Shown piece after piece: positions 63,765 through 64,000 of a stretch of DNA of 64,000 bases; position 1 is the stretch's first letter; each line of letters starts with the position of its first letter. Below the pieces are notes generated by a model. That model did not search any database, was not told where the DNA came from, and was given only the letters and a program-made list of their open reading frames with translations. Both the position numbers and the translations under genes were made by a program. Location: assembly GCA_001662655.1 (NCBI GenBank), contig KV460241.1; one strand, 5' to 3'. The DNA comes from Pseudogymnoascus verrucosus. Taxonomy: Eukaryota.

Positions 63765-64000
63765 ATGTCCGCCATCGATTACCTGCTCCACGAGAGCTCA
63801 GTGGGATATGCGATCTTCCAGGTCGTCCACCAGCCAGAGACTATTGGCAGCAGATTGAAGGAGGTTGAGGCTGCTTCCCAGGATGTCGCCAAGTTCGGAA
63901 AGATGGTCAAGCTGGTCAACTTTGCGCCTTACAGGTACAATTGAAACGGAATCAATTCTTCTAAGACGAGATTGCTAATTCTGATTACAGAGGTGCGGCC
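63765..64000 (+). CDS. NOP56: Box C/D snoRNP protein Nop56, 5' part (runs off the window)
   Basis: MSAIDYLLHESSVGYAIF...QDVAKFGKMVKLVNFAPY; intron 63935-63990. Confidence 0.85.

Overview
Gene-dense, intron-containing DNA from a filamentous ascomycete. Evidence: short GT-AG introns with CTRAY branch points and Pezizomycotina-type proteins; a Leotiomycete-like origin is only an inference. About 31 protein-coding genes are present, mostly housekeeping: an MFS transporter, GH47 mannosidase, VPS41, a DUF155 protein, APC1, an ankyrin protein, an enoyl-CoA hydratase, CCT6, prenylcysteine oxidase, RPS26 with ubiquitin-RPS31, a GH18 chitinase, a J-protein, CUE3/ASCC2, RPS20, two nucleoporins, SMC4, a PTP, MRX7, prefoldin 3, SEC14, NSL1, RPT3, SHMT and the start of NOP56. 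No rRNA, tRNA, CRISPR array or intact transposase was found. Most notable observations: (1) the chitinase has an AUG-less in-frame 5' extension starting at a CUG in ideal context and encoding a signal peptide/anchor; (2) an accessory metallo-beta-lactamase island flanked by RIP-like AT-rich DNA, a minisatellite and a 27-bp GC hairpin; (3) a 462-nt, highly structured intron that may host an ncRNA; (4) three small multi-exon genes that the ORF track does not show whole, one with a GC-AG intron; (5) a possibly RIP-destroyed or non-AUG start codon in the PTP gene. All exon coordinates were read by eye.
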